The position numbers and the translations under genes are program-made. DNA of 64,000 bases from an uncultured Candidatus Saccharibacteria bacterium. GTDB lineage: Bacteria > Patescibacteriota > Minisyncoccia > UBA6257 > 1-14-0-10-44-23. Of this stretch, positions 16,655-26,712 are shown piece by piece. Within the stretch, counting starts at the first letter, position 1. Every line of letters starts with the position of its first letter. The DNA is taken from NCBI GenBank assembly GCA_964641225.1, contig CAZXKC010000003.1:1177-65176 (forward strand), in the 5' to 3' direction. Below the pieces are notes generated by a model, which saw only the letters and a list, made by a program, of their open reading frames with translations, was not told the DNA's origin and did not search any database.

Positions 16655-17506
16655 TTATACTCCGCACGAGCCTCCACTGCCTCCTCCGGTTTTTGGCTGC
16701 AATGCAGCCACGACCTTTGCGTATCCGCTACCGCTGGAATACGCCGCTGACAGAATTTCTTTCGGATCTGCGTTAGCCCACGATTTATTCTGTTTTCCCA
16801 AATACTGGCCGATAATTTCGTACTGATCCGGGAACCAGAGACGGTTGACCGCTAAAGCCGTTTTGTACATTTCCTGCTCGCTGACATTTTGCGCTGCCAT
16901 GAGTTCGAGTAAGCCGAGCATTGCCATACCGTGATTGCAGTCCGGGAAGTAGGTTGAGTTGTTGCAGCAAGGCCGGTAGATATTTTTGCTAACTCCTTCT
17001 ACGAGTAATTGCTGCTGCGGAGTCAGAGTAATCATCTGGTGCATGCTGTAGTGGCTCATCGGATCGCCGACTGCGAGCGACCAGCCGCCGGTTGAAGCAA
17101 ATCCGCCTGCGTCGTTGTAGCGCGGATCCATCATCGGGCCCTTTTCTAAGATTTGGTTTTTATTTGCCAGCCCGAATGCCCAGAACACATTAAGCATTTC
17201 ATTGGCATTTTCTTGAGTCATGACAATCTGGCTGTCCATCGGGGCGTCCAGCATCTGGCGGGCATCTGCTGACATGCCGCCGCGCTCGCTATAGACGGCA
17301 TCAAATGCTTCGCGATCAATCACGCCGAGCTTTTGCATTTGTATGCCCTTATCACCCCAGTTAATCGGTAGAGATATTGATTCAGGCGCTGAACTGTTTA
17401 CTATCTGATCAGCCACTGGCCGCTGCGTGCCTGGCGTGTACCGCAACGTACCGAAGACGACGAATGCTAGTACTGCTACAGTTATTACAATCGTTGATAT
17501 TTTCAT
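16655..17506 (-). CDS. Exported Cys/His-motif protein of the copper operon
   Basis: Signal anchor; RPCCNNSTYFPDCNHGMAMLG; C-terminal GGSCGV. Confidence 0.8.
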   Translation of the reverse strand: MKISTIVITVAVLAFVVFGTLRYTPGTQRPVADQIVNSSAPESISLPINWGDKGIQMQKLGVIDREAFDAVYSERGGMSADARQMLDAPMDSQIVMTQENANEMLNVFWAFGLANKNQILEKGPMMDPRYNDAGGFASTGGWSLAVGDPMSHYSMHQMITLTPQQQLLVEGVSKNIYRPCCNNSTYFPDCNHGMAMLGLLELMAAQNVSEQEMYKTALAVNRLWFPDQYEIIGQYLGKQNKSWANADPKEILSAAYSSGSGYAKVVAALQPKTGGGSGGSCGV

Positions 17507-17510
17507 ATCT

Positions 17511-17882
17511 TTAGCAGCACTCCTTCATTTTTTTCTCTAGCTCGGCCGCGTCGACTGCGCGCGCCGGTACGCTAGAATTTTTGCGGAAGAAATAGAATGC
17601 GAGCGCTACCACAACAACTGCGGCAGTACTGGTGATGAGCCACTGTTCGTAGAGTGCGGTATATACGATCAGGAATCCAATCGGAATTGCGGTCAGTTTC
17701 CAAGGCATAACACGCCCTTCATCAAGCCGCTTACTTAGCGTGTAAGTAATGCCGACGACCGAGCCGCCCATAAGCATGGCGATGAGTGAGAGGTCCACTG
17801 GATAGCCAAGGCCTCTCGCGATCAGTAATCCTATCCAGGTCGCTGAAACAAGTACGCAGATCAGACAAATGCGTAATCGCAT
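17511..17882 (-). CDS. 4-TM protein with CxxC and C-terminal CC
   Basis: ICLICV at N terminus, KMKECC at C terminus. Confidence 0.75.
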   Translation of the reverse strand: MRLRICLICVLVSATWIGLLIARGLGYPVDLSLIAMLMGGSVVGITYTLSKRLDEGRVMPWKLTAIPIGFLIVYTALYEQWLITSTAAVVVVALAFYFFRKNSSVPARAVDAAELEKKMKECC

Positions 17883-17883
17883 A

Positions 17884-18663
17884 TTAGAGGAAGAAGATTA
17901 TCGCCCCGAGTACGACCATGATGAGGCCTGCCCAGAATTTAACGCCTTTCGTATTTTCTTTTTTCCATGCCTGCATTTTATCCACGATCAATTTGTTTGC
18001 CGCAATCCACAGGACAACTGCCAGCGGAATGATCAGAATGAAGTTATAAAGCGTCAGGTAACCAAACCCGCTGAAGTAGGTCATCTTGTCATGCAGGAGC
18101 CCGATAACCATCAGGTAGGGGCCTCCCATGCACGGGAACTGGCAGATGCCGACCAAGATACCTAGTCCGAACGCCGCAGGAATCGAAGCCTTCTCCATGA
18201 GGTTTGCCATCTTACCGTGCGCGGCTGACGGCAACTTCAGTTTGATTGGGAAATTCGGGAACAGCTCTCCCAAAATGTTAATCAGGCCGAAGATCAGCAG
18301 CATTACCGCGCCGAGCTTGCCCATGAAGTGCGGCACGTTAAAGAAGTTAAGCGTCTTTAAGATGCCTAGGCCGATGAGTAAGTACGCGCTGAAGATGCCA
18401 GCGATATACGTGCCACCAATTTGCAGAATTCTTTTCCGCGTCATTTGCATACCGAACAGGAACGCGATCGTGATAAGTAGGATCGAGAAAGAGCAGGGGT
18501 GCACGCTGTCCAGCAAGGCGGCTACCAGCACGAGCGGTAGAAGCCACGCACCTTTATTGCTGATATCCCACAGGAACGAGCCAACTCCACCGCTTTGCTT
18601 GAGGAGTGTGATCCCGATGATCGCAATGACGACAATGCTAAGAGTAATAAGTAATCGCTTCAT
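17884..18663 (-). CDS. CcdA/DsbD-like transmembrane thiol-transfer protein
   Basis: DSVHPCSF and CQFPCMGGPY within TM helices. Confidence 0.8.
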   Translation of the reverse strand: MKRLLITLSIVVIAIIGITLLKQSGGVGSFLWDISNKGAWLLPLVLVAALLDSVHPCSFSILLITIAFLFGMQMTRKRILQIGGTYIAGIFSAYLLIGLGILKTLNFFNVPHFMGKLGAVMLLIFGLINILGELFPNFPIKLKLPSAAHGKMANLMEKASIPAAFGLGILVGICQFPCMGGPYLMVIGLLHDKMTYFSGFGYLTLYNFILIIPLAVVLWIAANKLIVDKMQAWKKENTKGVKFWAGLIMVVLGAIIFFL

Positions 18664-18667
18664 ACGA

Positions 18668-19162
18668 TTATGGGGTGACTACTGCTTTTATCTCGAGCTG
18701 TAAGGTGCCGGCATTTTTTGAAGCTAAGTAGACAAAGCGATCAATTGTGCCAACGCCAGCCGGACCATGTGCATTCGGATCATAGACAACATCAATCTGC
18801 CGAGTCTCGCCGGCTTTGATGAGCATATTTGCTTTTGGCACGTAGCCCATGCCAGGCATTCCGAATGGTCCCTGTTTCTCACTACCGTTTACTATGTACG
18901 CCGAGGTACACATACAGGAAGTGGTTAGGTCTTCAACGGTAATGTCTTGTGTGGTTGGATTGGTAACGTTAAAGCTGTGGCTCACGTTTCCGTTCGCCAT
19001 GGAGATGGTGCCGAAATCGTACAACAGCTCAGAAGCTGTTAAGGAACTTTTCGCGTTGGCTTGCGCTGGTGTCGGAGTCTGGGCAGCGTTACGCTGGCCC
19101 AGGAACATGACCCCGAGTAGTGCAACAACTATGAGTAATGTAATAGTAATTGTTTTGTTCAT
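18668..19162 (-). CDS. DUF1573 Ig-like exported protein
   Basis: YDFGTI...F.VTN...TSCMCT...IKAGET..I.V.YDP. Confidence 0.85.
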   Translation of the reverse strand: MNKTITITLLIVVALLGVMFLGQRNAAQTPTPAQANAKSSLTASELLYDFGTISMANGNVSHSFNVTNPTTQDITVEDLTTSCMCTSAYIVNGSEKQGPFGMPGMGYVPKANMLIKAGETRQIDVVYDPNAHGPAGVGTIDRFVYLASKNAGTLQLEIKAVVTP

Positions 19163-19257
19163 GATGTTAGTTAGATTTGTTTCTCCGAAAAATCAAAAAC
19201 CGTTTGGGACGGTTTAACGCCATGAACAAAGCGAACTATCGCTTAGACGTTCATGGC

Positions 19258-19659
19258 TTAGGCAAAGACGGCATCACCGCGCTGGCGCAGTGAGAGCCAA
19301 GAAAACAAGGAATGCAAATGAAGCGCGTATGCTATCTCAAGAAAATGCCTGCGTATAACAAGTAAACGCGATTTGAAAACTGCGCCAAGGCGTTTAAGGT
19401 CAAGTGATTCAACAAAGATCCAGGCGATAGCAAGAGTTAAGAAGAATAGTGAGGCGGCGCTTGTCATCCGCTGGAAAAATTGAGCGTGCATTTCAGTCAT
19501 GGCGAAGGGCCCTTCGTGCGGGCACAGAGCCGCCTGACCCACGGTCGCGATACAATCATTGTGGCCGCCGCCCATAGCGTGATTGCCCATAGCCGCAAAG
19601 CCAAAAACCGCGATTGCAATGAAGGCGGTTAGGGCTAAGATTGTTAGAGCCTGTTTCAT
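19258..19659 (-). CDS. Small membrane protein with H/M/C-rich loop
   Basis: MGNHAMGGGHNDC...CPHEGPFAMTEMH between TM segments. Confidence 0.65.
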   Translation of the reverse strand: MKQALTILALTAFIAIAVFGFAAMGNHAMGGGHNDCIATVGQAALCPHEGPFAMTEMHAQFFQRMTSAASLFFLTLAIAWIFVESLDLKRLGAVFKSRLLVIRRHFLEIAYALHLHSLFSWLSLRQRGDAVFA

Positions 19660-19695
19660 GTTTTTAGTATAGTACTGCACTTTGAAAACAGCAAC

Positions 19696-20067
19696 TTAAG
19701 TTAATGAACGTAAAAGCTTATACCAGTAATATGCGACTATCGGAAACACTAATGATGTAATCAATCCGGGTACATATCCGCTGGCTAAAAGGGCATGAAT
19801 GGGATGACTTAATTCAAAAATGAAAATTACAAAGATAATCCAACCAAAGATTTTGCTCGGCGTCCCTGTCGTTTTCCAAAAATGAATAAGCAGGATATAA
19901 ACTACAGCCTGCACAATTAACCAAAGCGCGAGATTAGAAATACCGAGCAATTTAGCAGACCAGATAACCGAACCGTCAACGTTATGAAAGTTTGTGAAGT
20001 ATTCCTCGAGCGAATGCGCTAGGAAAGTTAATGCTGCTAATACTATTAATAAATTTTTCCGTGGCAT
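19696..20067 (-). CDS. HXXEE domain membrane protein
   Basis: HSLEEY motif; YVPGLITS. Confidence 0.8.
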   Translation of the reverse strand: MPRKNLLIVLAALTFLAHSLEEYFTNFHNVDGSVIWSAKLLGISNLALWLIVQAVVYILLIHFWKTTGTPSKIFGWIIFVIFIFELSHPIHALLASGYVPGLITSLVFPIVAYYWYKLLRSLT

Positions 20068-20068
20068 A

Positions 20069-20335
20069 TCACTTTCGCTTTAAGCGATACACCTTAAGGA
20101 TTTCATTTCTGATTTTAGTGCCTGCTTGCCCCTCTTTCATGTGGTCGGCGACACAGGAATCAAGATGTGCTTCGATCAAGGCATCCTCAATACCAGAAAG
20201 AGCCTGCTTAACGGCTGATGTTTGAGTAACTACATCAATACAGTAAGTGCCCTTCGCAATCATTTCCTGTAGACCGCGAACCTGCCCCTCAACGATCTTA
20301 AGGCGGCGAACCAACTTTTGTTTTGAAGAAGTCAT
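20069..20335 (-). CDS. csoR: CsoR/RcnR family metal-sensing repressor
   Basis: RRLKIVEGQVRGLQEMI...YCIDV..Q..AV..AL...EAHLDSCV (C, H, C ligands). Confidence 0.93.
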   Translation of the reverse strand: MTSSKQKLVRRLKIVEGQVRGLQEMIAKGTYCIDVVTQTSAVKQALSGIEDALIEAHLDSCVADHMKEGQAGTKIRNEILKVYRLKRK

Positions 20336-20341
20336 AACCTA

Positions 20342-20370
20342 AATATACCCCTAGGGGGTATAAAGATCAA
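20342..20370 (-). promoter_or_regulatory. csoR promoter with CsoR operator TATACCCC-TAG-GGGGTATA (20344-20362)
   Basis: C-tract/G-tract palindrome typical of CsoR sites, covering the spacer between TTGATC (-35) and TATATT (-10), 17-bp spacing. Confidence 0.85.
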
Positions 20371-20504
20371 GGCTCAGTGATTGTGACTGATTATTTTCTA
20401 AGTGTGATGGTTTTACGGGTCAGTACCAACTTACTCCTCAAGTCCCTATTTAAAGTAATTGATCTAAAAACCGACAATGAGACCATTAAGTATTTTTGTA
20501 TCTA

Positions 20505-21023
20505 TTACTCGCAGAATGACCAATTGTTTTCGTAGTCATCTGCAATTGGTGTTGGAATAGGATAGTGCTCATTCTTCACGCCAATCCTAAATGTGCGCAT
20601 AGCATTCGGATTGCCCTTGTCCGTACCGCGCGCCCTCCAATGCTTGTGCTCTGCGGAAACATACTCAGCTACCACCTTGTTTGGAACAATAAAAAATCTA
20701 TATTTCGTGCCATCCTTTGCTGAGTCAATATGCACAAAACAGTAGAGCAAGTTCTCATCTTCAATTTTTTCGTGCTTTTCACCCATCATCCAATACATAG
20801 CAAGACCAAATAGTTTTGAGTTCGAGGGCTTGCTCCGGGCGCTTCCGTGGCTCGTTTTTACTTCAAGACGATACATCTTTTTCGTTCTAGGATTTGAAAC
20901 CAAAATATCAACATTTTTCGTATTTCCAAGAGTCATATTTGCGTTTACATCGCGCAATGCCAACTCTGATAGAACAGCAAACTCACCAGCCAAGGAAACT
21001 GAATTACTTGAGAGCTTTTCCAT
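20505..21023 (-). CDS. PD-(D/E)xK family nuclease
   Basis: LAGEFAVLSEL...NVDILV...RLEVKT. Confidence 0.75.
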   Translation of the reverse strand: MEKLSSNSVSLAGEFAVLSELALRDVNANMTLGNTKNVDILVSNPRTKKMYRLEVKTSHGSARSKPSNSKLFGLAMYWMMGEKHEKIEDENLLYCFVHIDSAKDGTKYRFFIVPNKVVAEYVSAEHKHWRARGTDKGNPNAMRTFRIGVKNEHYPIPTPIADDYENNWSFCE

Positions 21024-21029
21024 AGCTAA

Positions 21030-24000
21030 TTAGCTCTCTAAAAGTTTAGCGACCTGCCTCACAATAGATTTGCGATCAAATGATTCATTCAGCCAATCAA
21101 CATATTTCACACGATAGAACGTCCAGCCGGCCGACTCCAAGACACGCTGGCGCTCCTCGTCATCTTCAACATAGATGCCGTATTCCTGATCTAACTCGTT
21201 TTCAAAATGAGTTGGTCCATCACACTCAATCGCAATCTGCTTTCCGGTCCGCGTATTGGCAACAACGAAATCCAGCTTAAAGCCGCAGCTCTCAACTTGG
21301 TTTCTGATTTGATAATCCTTTTTCAGCCCTGCCTTCAAGACTGAATAGAACTCTTCCTCAAAATACGAATCAAACGGACGTAGTTCGGTTGCATAGAAAT
21401 CTATCTCGCCGTGCTTATCAACATACTCAAGATACTTTTTAATCCAAATTCCTTCAGGTATTTCGCTAACTGGCATACTGATAAAACAATGCACCTGTAG
21501 CTTGGCGCGTGAAAAAGCAACGTTCACCCTGCCGCGATTGATGTCGCCACGAATATCTCCACCTTCGCCGGTAAGGGGAAGATAACGTTTCTTTTGTGCC
21601 GGACTGCGGATAACGAATGAGTAGATGACGATATCCTTCTCGTCGCCCTGGATCCCTTCGATGATGCTGATTTTGAAATTATTCTCATCCTCTTTGTAGC
21701 CAGCCGATTCAAAAACTTGACGCAGCAGATCAGCTTGTGCGTTAAAGAAAGTCAAAATACCAACTGACTTTTTTGCCGTGCGGTCATCCTCGCGCAACTC
21801 CTTAAAGAGCTTGAGAATCTCTTCCGCTTCGGCGACATTCGCGTTGTCTGAAATCTCGCTTGAACCATCCGATTTAACCTCGTGAATCAACATCACGCGG
21901 TTAGTGTCTTTATAGGTCAGATAAGTATTATTGAGGGCTATAAGCTCATTGTCTTTCGGCTCATAGAAATACTTGTTGCTAAAGCCGATCAGCTCGCTTG
22001 GGGAGCGATAGTGATAGCGGAGCGGCACAGACAGAAACCCTCGCATTTTGGCGATATCCAATACTGACTGGACGGTCGCTTGGCTTGCCTTAATCTGCAT
22101 TTCTTCGGGTACGCTATATCGCTTAGCCAGCTCGTCGAATGAGCGGTTAGATTTGAACATTATCGTGCTGTCGCGCATTTGCTCGCTGTCGCCAACAAAG
22201 AGCGCCTGCTTAGCACGGAACATCACCGGAAGCGTATAGGCAACATTGCACTGTGAAGCCTCGTCGAGAATAACGTAATCAAACGCCGCAGGGGCAAGAG
22301 GTATGATACGGCTTGCGTCATCAAGCTCCATAATCCAGATTGGAATGAGCTCCATCACTGCATTGAAGTTGTCGGGGTCTTTGCGGAGCTTGTCGAATGT
22401 CTTAAAGGCACGTTTTGATTTGCCGAAGGATTTTGATAGGCGAGCTACGATCTGACGAATAAGCGGTCCCTGCGCCAGCTTAGTTAAGAGCGCCTTATTG
22501 ATGATATTTTCCAAGTAGAGGGCAACGCGCTCCCGCCGTTCCATTTCAGCACCCTTTATATTTTCAGCTATATCATTCGGGCTAAGTCCGATCTTACCGA
22601 TATCGCGCAATTCTTTACGGAGAACCTTCGTCCTCAAAACTTTTTCCCTTACCGCCGCAGCTCCTTCTTCTGTTTTAGCGACAACGCTATCTATGGCGCC
22701 GAACTCTTTATCGGTTAAACCAACGAGCGCAAGCGTATTCACCAGCTTTGCTTTCGCCTGCTCTAAGTTGATGCAATTTTCGTGATGTTGAAAATAGCAA
22801 TGCAGGTCTTCAAAAAACTTGCAGGCGTCATTACGTGAAATATCTTTTTTGAGTTCCTGATCTATATAGTCCCGAACCTCGCGTGGCAATTGTGTACGGA
22901 CAGATGAAAGTCGGGTGTTGCGAACGAAGTTATTGATGCCGCGTAAAAGCTGCGTGTGTCCGTCAAAACCCGAACGAGCAACATCGGCTTTGATTGCGCC
23001 TACGCAGTCAGCAAAGCTTTTCTCACGGAGATTTATTTTGCCGAACAAGCCATCAAACTCTGTCTTTCGTTCGTTCTTGGCATACTGCCGAGCAAGCTCA
23101 GTAGCACCGCCAATCATCTGTTTGAGCTTATTAATCTCAGTACGATTTGCTTCGCTAAACTGCGTGTTAAATGCAGTAGGGTCGCTTATCGGTAAATCAT
23201 ATAAGGCCAGTGCTTTTAGTTCCTGATCCAGCTTCCAAGCCTTACGCTGTACATCGATGGCGTCATTAAACTCTTTTTTGAACTTGCCTTTTAAGGTCGC
23301 CGAATGAGCTACAGAAAGAGTATCGCCAGAGACGCTCTCGCCGTGCTGGGCGATTCCAGCCTTACGTTGATAGAACTTGTAGCCGAGCGAATCAATGTGA
23401 GCTGAAAGCCCTGCGAGTTGCGGCGAAATGCCATCAGCTTCATCTTCTTCGCCAAGCTGCGCGGAGCTAGGATTTGGGATATAGCCGAACAGATATTTAA
23501 CATCTAGCTTGCGAAGCTTGTCCTTTACCACTTTAAGCGCCTGCGCCTTCTGGCTGACGAATAGGACGCGCTTACCGTGCGCGGCTAGGTGGCAGAGCAG
23601 GTTGGCGATAGTCTCGGATTTACCAGTACCCGGCGGTCCCTGCACGATTGCCCCTTTATTATTGATAACCGAAAGAACCTTGAGTTTGTACTTGTCGTAT
23701 AAAAATGGAAAGAATAAATCTTTTTCTTCGGGCACTGCCCCCTGACTACTGATCCCTTCGTTGCTACTCCAACCGACGAGAGCAGTATCTTTCATTGCAG
23801 CTTCTTCTAACTTCGCGAGTTTTTGCAAATCTTCGGCTAAGAAATAGTTAGCGCGTGGGGCTATCGCAATACGCATTTCTTCGAGCTTGAAGGAATCCTC
23901 GTCAAATTTCGCATCAGTGTGTTTCAGCACCTCTTTAATTTTATGCCAAACATCAGTGAAGATTTTCGTATCTTTAAGCGGTAAGGCGAACAACCCCTCC

Positions 24001-24602
24001 GTTTCTTTTTTACCTACATCTTCGAGCAACTGATAGTAAAGGTTTTCGCCAAGAACTGGGGCTAACACGCCGAGGTTGACCTGAATATCCTGATCGACTG
24101 AATAAACAACATACTTACCCTTATCTTCCTTCTCTATTCTCACGATCAAACTGAAAAGAGGATAGCGGTCAATCTTGGCCTGCTTTAGCGGCAGTGCAGC
24201 TTGCTCACTGCCGTTCTCAGCCGATTCAAGTTCTTCGCCTTCGAGCTCAATAGGGATTTCAATTTCAAAATAACCAAAACTGAAAACGATCTGTTTAGTG
24301 AAAGGGTCGTTGCGATATTTATTGTAGATATCCTCAATTTTACTCGCGAACGCCTTTTGCTTTTCGTACTCGTCTTTGATTTCTTTTTTAACTTCTTTCG
24401 GGTCAAGGTCATAAAAAAGCGGAAGGGCGATAGTCTCGCCCAACTCCTCATCCTCCTCGCCATTAAGCAAACCCTTCAAGTCAAAATACTTTTTGGGAAA
24501 CTCAACTGCTGATTTCTGCTGAACCGCAAAAGAGCGCTGTCGGGTTAGCTGGATGTATCCAAGGCAGTATTTGATAAACTTAGTCAGGTCGAGATCGTCC
24601 AT
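21030..24602 (-). CDS. SF1 (Upf1/DNA2-like) helicase with C-terminal Vsr-like endonuclease domain
   Basis: GPPGTGKS, DEASQ, VGDSEQ, HYRS, QGDEKD, NVAFSRAK; C-terminal DFVV...IAIECDG..H...D.ERQRVLE..GW.FYRV. Confidence 0.9.
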   Translation of the reverse strand: MDDLDLTKFIKYCLGYIQLTRQRSFAVQQKSAVEFPKKYFDLKGLLNGEEDEELGETIALPLFYDLDPKEVKKEIKDEYEKQKAFASKIEDIYNKYRNDPFTKQIVFSFGYFEIEIPIELEGEELESAENGSEQAALPLKQAKIDRYPLFSLIVRIEKEDKGKYVVYSVDQDIQVNLGVLAPVLGENLYYQLLEDVGKKETEGLFALPLKDTKIFTDVWHKIKEVLKHTDAKFDEDSFKLEEMRIAIAPRANYFLAEDLQKLAKLEEAAMKDTALVGWSSNEGISSQGAVPEEKDLFFPFLYDKYKLKVLSVINNKGAIVQGPPGTGKSETIANLLCHLAAHGKRVLFVSQKAQALKVVKDKLRKLDVKYLFGYIPNPSSAQLGEEDEADGISPQLAGLSAHIDSLGYKFYQRKAGIAQHGESVSGDTLSVAHSATLKGKFKKEFNDAIDVQRKAWKLDQELKALALYDLPISDPTAFNTQFSEANRTEINKLKQMIGGATELARQYAKNERKTEFDGLFGKINLREKSFADCVGAIKADVARSGFDGHTQLLRGINNFVRNTRLSSVRTQLPREVRDYIDQELKKDISRNDACKFFEDLHCYFQHHENCINLEQAKAKLVNTLALVGLTDKEFGAIDSVVAKTEEGAAAVREKVLRTKVLRKELRDIGKIGLSPNDIAENIKGAEMERRERVALYLENIINKALLTKLAQGPLIRQIVARLSKSFGKSKRAFKTFDKLRKDPDNFNAVMELIPIWIMELDDASRIIPLAPAAFDYVILDEASQCNVAYTLPVMFRAKQALFVGDSEQMRDSTIMFKSNRSFDELAKRYSVPEEMQIKASQATVQSVLDIAKMRGFLSVPLRYHYRSPSELIGFSNKYFYEPKDNELIALNNTYLTYKDTNRVMLIHEVKSDGSSEISDNANVAEAEEILKLFKELREDDRTAKKSVGILTFFNAQADLLRQVFESAGYKEDENNFKISIIEGIQGDEKDIVIYSFVIRSPAQKKRYLPLTGEGGDIRGDINRGRVNVAFSRAKLQVHCFISMPVSEIPEGIWIKKYLEYVDKHGEIDFYATELRPFDSYFEEEFYSVLKAGLKKDYQIRNQVESCGFKLDFVVANTRTGKQIAIECDGPTHFENELDQEYGIYVEDDEERQRVLESAGWTFYRVKYVDWLNESFDRKSIVRQVAKLLES

Positions 24603-24885
24603 GCTATTCTTTCTATAATATCAACAAAATCAGTGTTATAACAATTTCCGCTTCCCCTTAGTGCCGGATAGGATAGTTCTACTGCTTCCTGACAGCCTAA
24701 GACTAGGGCGTCAATTGTTAAGCAAAGTAACCTGCCGAAGGTCCGGAATATAGATGGTTGTATCGTTTTTACGCTCAAAAACAGTTCTAACATCCTCTAC
24801 TACCCGACCCAGCTAGTTCAGAAGAAGAAAATCTGCTATAATTCTACTCAAGAAAGTATCGCGTAAAAGCGGTACTTTTTATTTT

Positions 24886-25488
24886 ATGCACCCAACTGGC
24901 ATTGAATTCTTCATCCACGCAAACCCGATCATCGCCTACGCAATCATCTTCCTTGGGGTCGTTATTGAAGGCGATGGAACTGTGCTCTTTGCGAGCGTAT
25001 TTGCCTGGCAGGGACTAATCAGCTGGCCACTCCTAGGGGCGGTAGTAATCATCGCGGGCATTGCAGGTGATATTTTCTGGTACAGCGCCGGTAAATATCT
25101 TAAAGGAACCAAACTCGGCTGCTGGCTCGACAAGCATTACGAAAAGGCTGGCGGCTCGGCAATCCTTGAAAAGGTAATGGCACGCTATCACTGGTATGCG
25201 GTACTGAATAAATTTATGTACTTTACGACCAAACCAACTGTGTTCCTGGTCGGCTGGCACGATTTTGAATTTAAAAAATTCCTCAGAATTACGACGTATG
25301 CAACGATCATCTGGGCTATTATCCTGCTCATCATCGGTTTTGGATTTGGTTACACGATTCACCTGATCGGCTTCAAACGCATCGTACACCGCATTGAAAT
25401 CTTTGCCGCGATTTTATTCATCGGCATTTTCATCTTGGAATGGGGGATTAAGAAAATTGTCAAAAAGGCGGAGAAGCGAATGCGATAA
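24886..25488 (+). CDS. DedA family membrane protein
   Basis: IIFLGVVIEGD...AGIAGDIFWYSAGK; F..F......ATIIWA. Confidence 0.85.
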   Translation: MHPTGIEFFIHANPIIAYAIIFLGVVIEGDGTVLFASVFAWQGLISWPLLGAVVIIAGIAGDIFWYSAGKYLKGTKLGCWLDKHYEKAGGSAILEKVMARYHWYAVLNKFMYFTTKPTVFLVGWHDFEFKKFLRITTYATIIWAIILLIIGFGFGYTIHLIGFKRIVHRIEIFAAILFIGIFILEWGIKKIVKKAEKRMR

Positions 25489-25490
25489 AA

Positions 25491-25524
25491 AACAAGCGGG
25501 GCGGCCTACTGGCCGCCCCGTGTT
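25491..25524. terminator. Terminator between dedA and recA
   Basis: CGGGGCGGCC-TACT-GGCCGCCCCG. Confidence 0.8.
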
Positions 25525-25529
25525 GATTC

Positions 25530-26612
25530 TTATTTCTCTTTTTCCAAATCAGCCTCGCTGGTATCCTGCCCTCCATCGCTATCCGGAGAAACAATGGCAT
25601 TTTTAATCATTTCTCGAGTCTTTTGCTCAATCTCTTTAAGCAATTTCTTATCCTCTTTGAGCTTTTCAACCGTTTTATCAATTCCCACAGCAACTTTTTG
25701 GCCATCAAAGGTATAGGTTGCACCTGAGCGAGTGATGACGCCATATTTTACGGCGGTCATAATGACGTCGTTTTCGTAACTAATACCAGTGCCATACATC
25801 ACATCAAACTCCGCAACTTTAAATGGCGGAGCAACCTTGTTCTTCACTACCTTTGCCTTCACGCGGTTACCGACAATGTCCTCACCCTTCTTGATTTGGG
25901 CGAGGCGGCGAATATCAAGGCGTACGGAACAGGCGAATTTAAGCGCGTTGCCGCCCGGGGTTGTCTCCGGGTTACCAAACATCACGCCGATCTTCATACG
26001 AATCTGGTTAATGAAGATGATCAGCACGTTGTAACGAGCTGTGATCGCAGTGAGTTTACGAAGCGCCTGGCTCATCATACGAGCCTGAAGACCCATATAT
26101 TGCTGACCCATTTCCCCTTCAATTTCAGCGCGCGGCGTTAGCGCAGCCACTGAGTCAACGACAACAACATCAATCATGCCGGAACGCACCAGGCTCTCAA
26201 GGATGTTAAGTGCGTCCTCACCGTTGTCTGGCTGGCTGATAAGCAATTCTTTTACTTTCACGCCCAGACGAGCGGCATAATCAGGATCAAGCGCATGCTC
26301 AGCATCAATAAATGCCGCCTTGCCGCCCATTTTTTGAGCCTGAGCCACAACGTTAAGCGCAAGCGTCGTCTTACCCGAGCTCTCAGGACCATAAATTTCA
26401 ACGATGCGGCCTTTTGGCAAACCGCCGACACCAAGCGCAGCATCAAGCGAGAATGAGCCGGTTGGGATCACCTCAACATTCACATTGCTGGCTCCGCCCA
26501 TAGTCATCACCGAGCCCTCGCCAAATTTACCTTGCAAGTCTTCAACCAGCGCGTGTAAATCCTTAAACTCTGCCTTCACCTCTTTCTTTTCTTCTTTTTC
26601 CTTTTTAGCCAT
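25530..26612 (-). CDS. recA: Recombinase RecA
   Basis: [43 protein letters not shown]. Confidence 0.99.
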   Translation of the reverse strand: MAKKEKEEKKEVKAEFKDLHALVEDLQGKFGEGSVMTMGGASNVNVEVIPTGSFSLDAALGVGGLPKGRIVEIYGPESSGKTTLALNVVAQAQKMGGKAAFIDAEHALDPDYAARLGVKVKELLISQPDNGEDALNILESLVRSGMIDVVVVDSVAALTPRAEIEGEMGQQYMGLQARMMSQALRKLTAITARYNVLIIFINQIRMKIGVMFGNPETTPGGNALKFACSVRLDIRRLAQIKKGEDIVGNRVKAKVVKNKVAPPFKVAEFDVMYGTGISYENDVIMTAVKYGVITRSGATYTFDGQKVAVGIDKTVEKLKEDKKLLKEIEQKTREMIKNAIVSPDSDGGQDTSEADLEKEK

Positions 26613-26712
26613 GTTCTTAAATTAATTAATAGAAAATTACTGAAATCATACTATAAAGCAAAAAGGCGGGGTAGGACATAACCCTGAATCAAACGCAAGA
26701 CTCAGATGCACG

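Larger units (their letters stand above)
6158..24800. mobile_element. Integrative genomic island at tRNA-His (right boundary approximate)
   Basis: Serine recombinase abutting the tRNA 3' end, tyrosine recombinase, HTH genes, visibly AT-richer left part, metal and defence cargo; no att duplication found. Confidence 0.75.

Noticed and set aside
24658-24670. 13-bp match TTAGTGCCGGATA between the island right end and 6253-6265 as a possible att repeat
   Set aside because: The left copy is inside the recombinase ORF and outside the tRNA, and 13-mers recur by chance in 64 kb. No duplicated tRNA-His 3' end was found, so the right boundary is left approximate.
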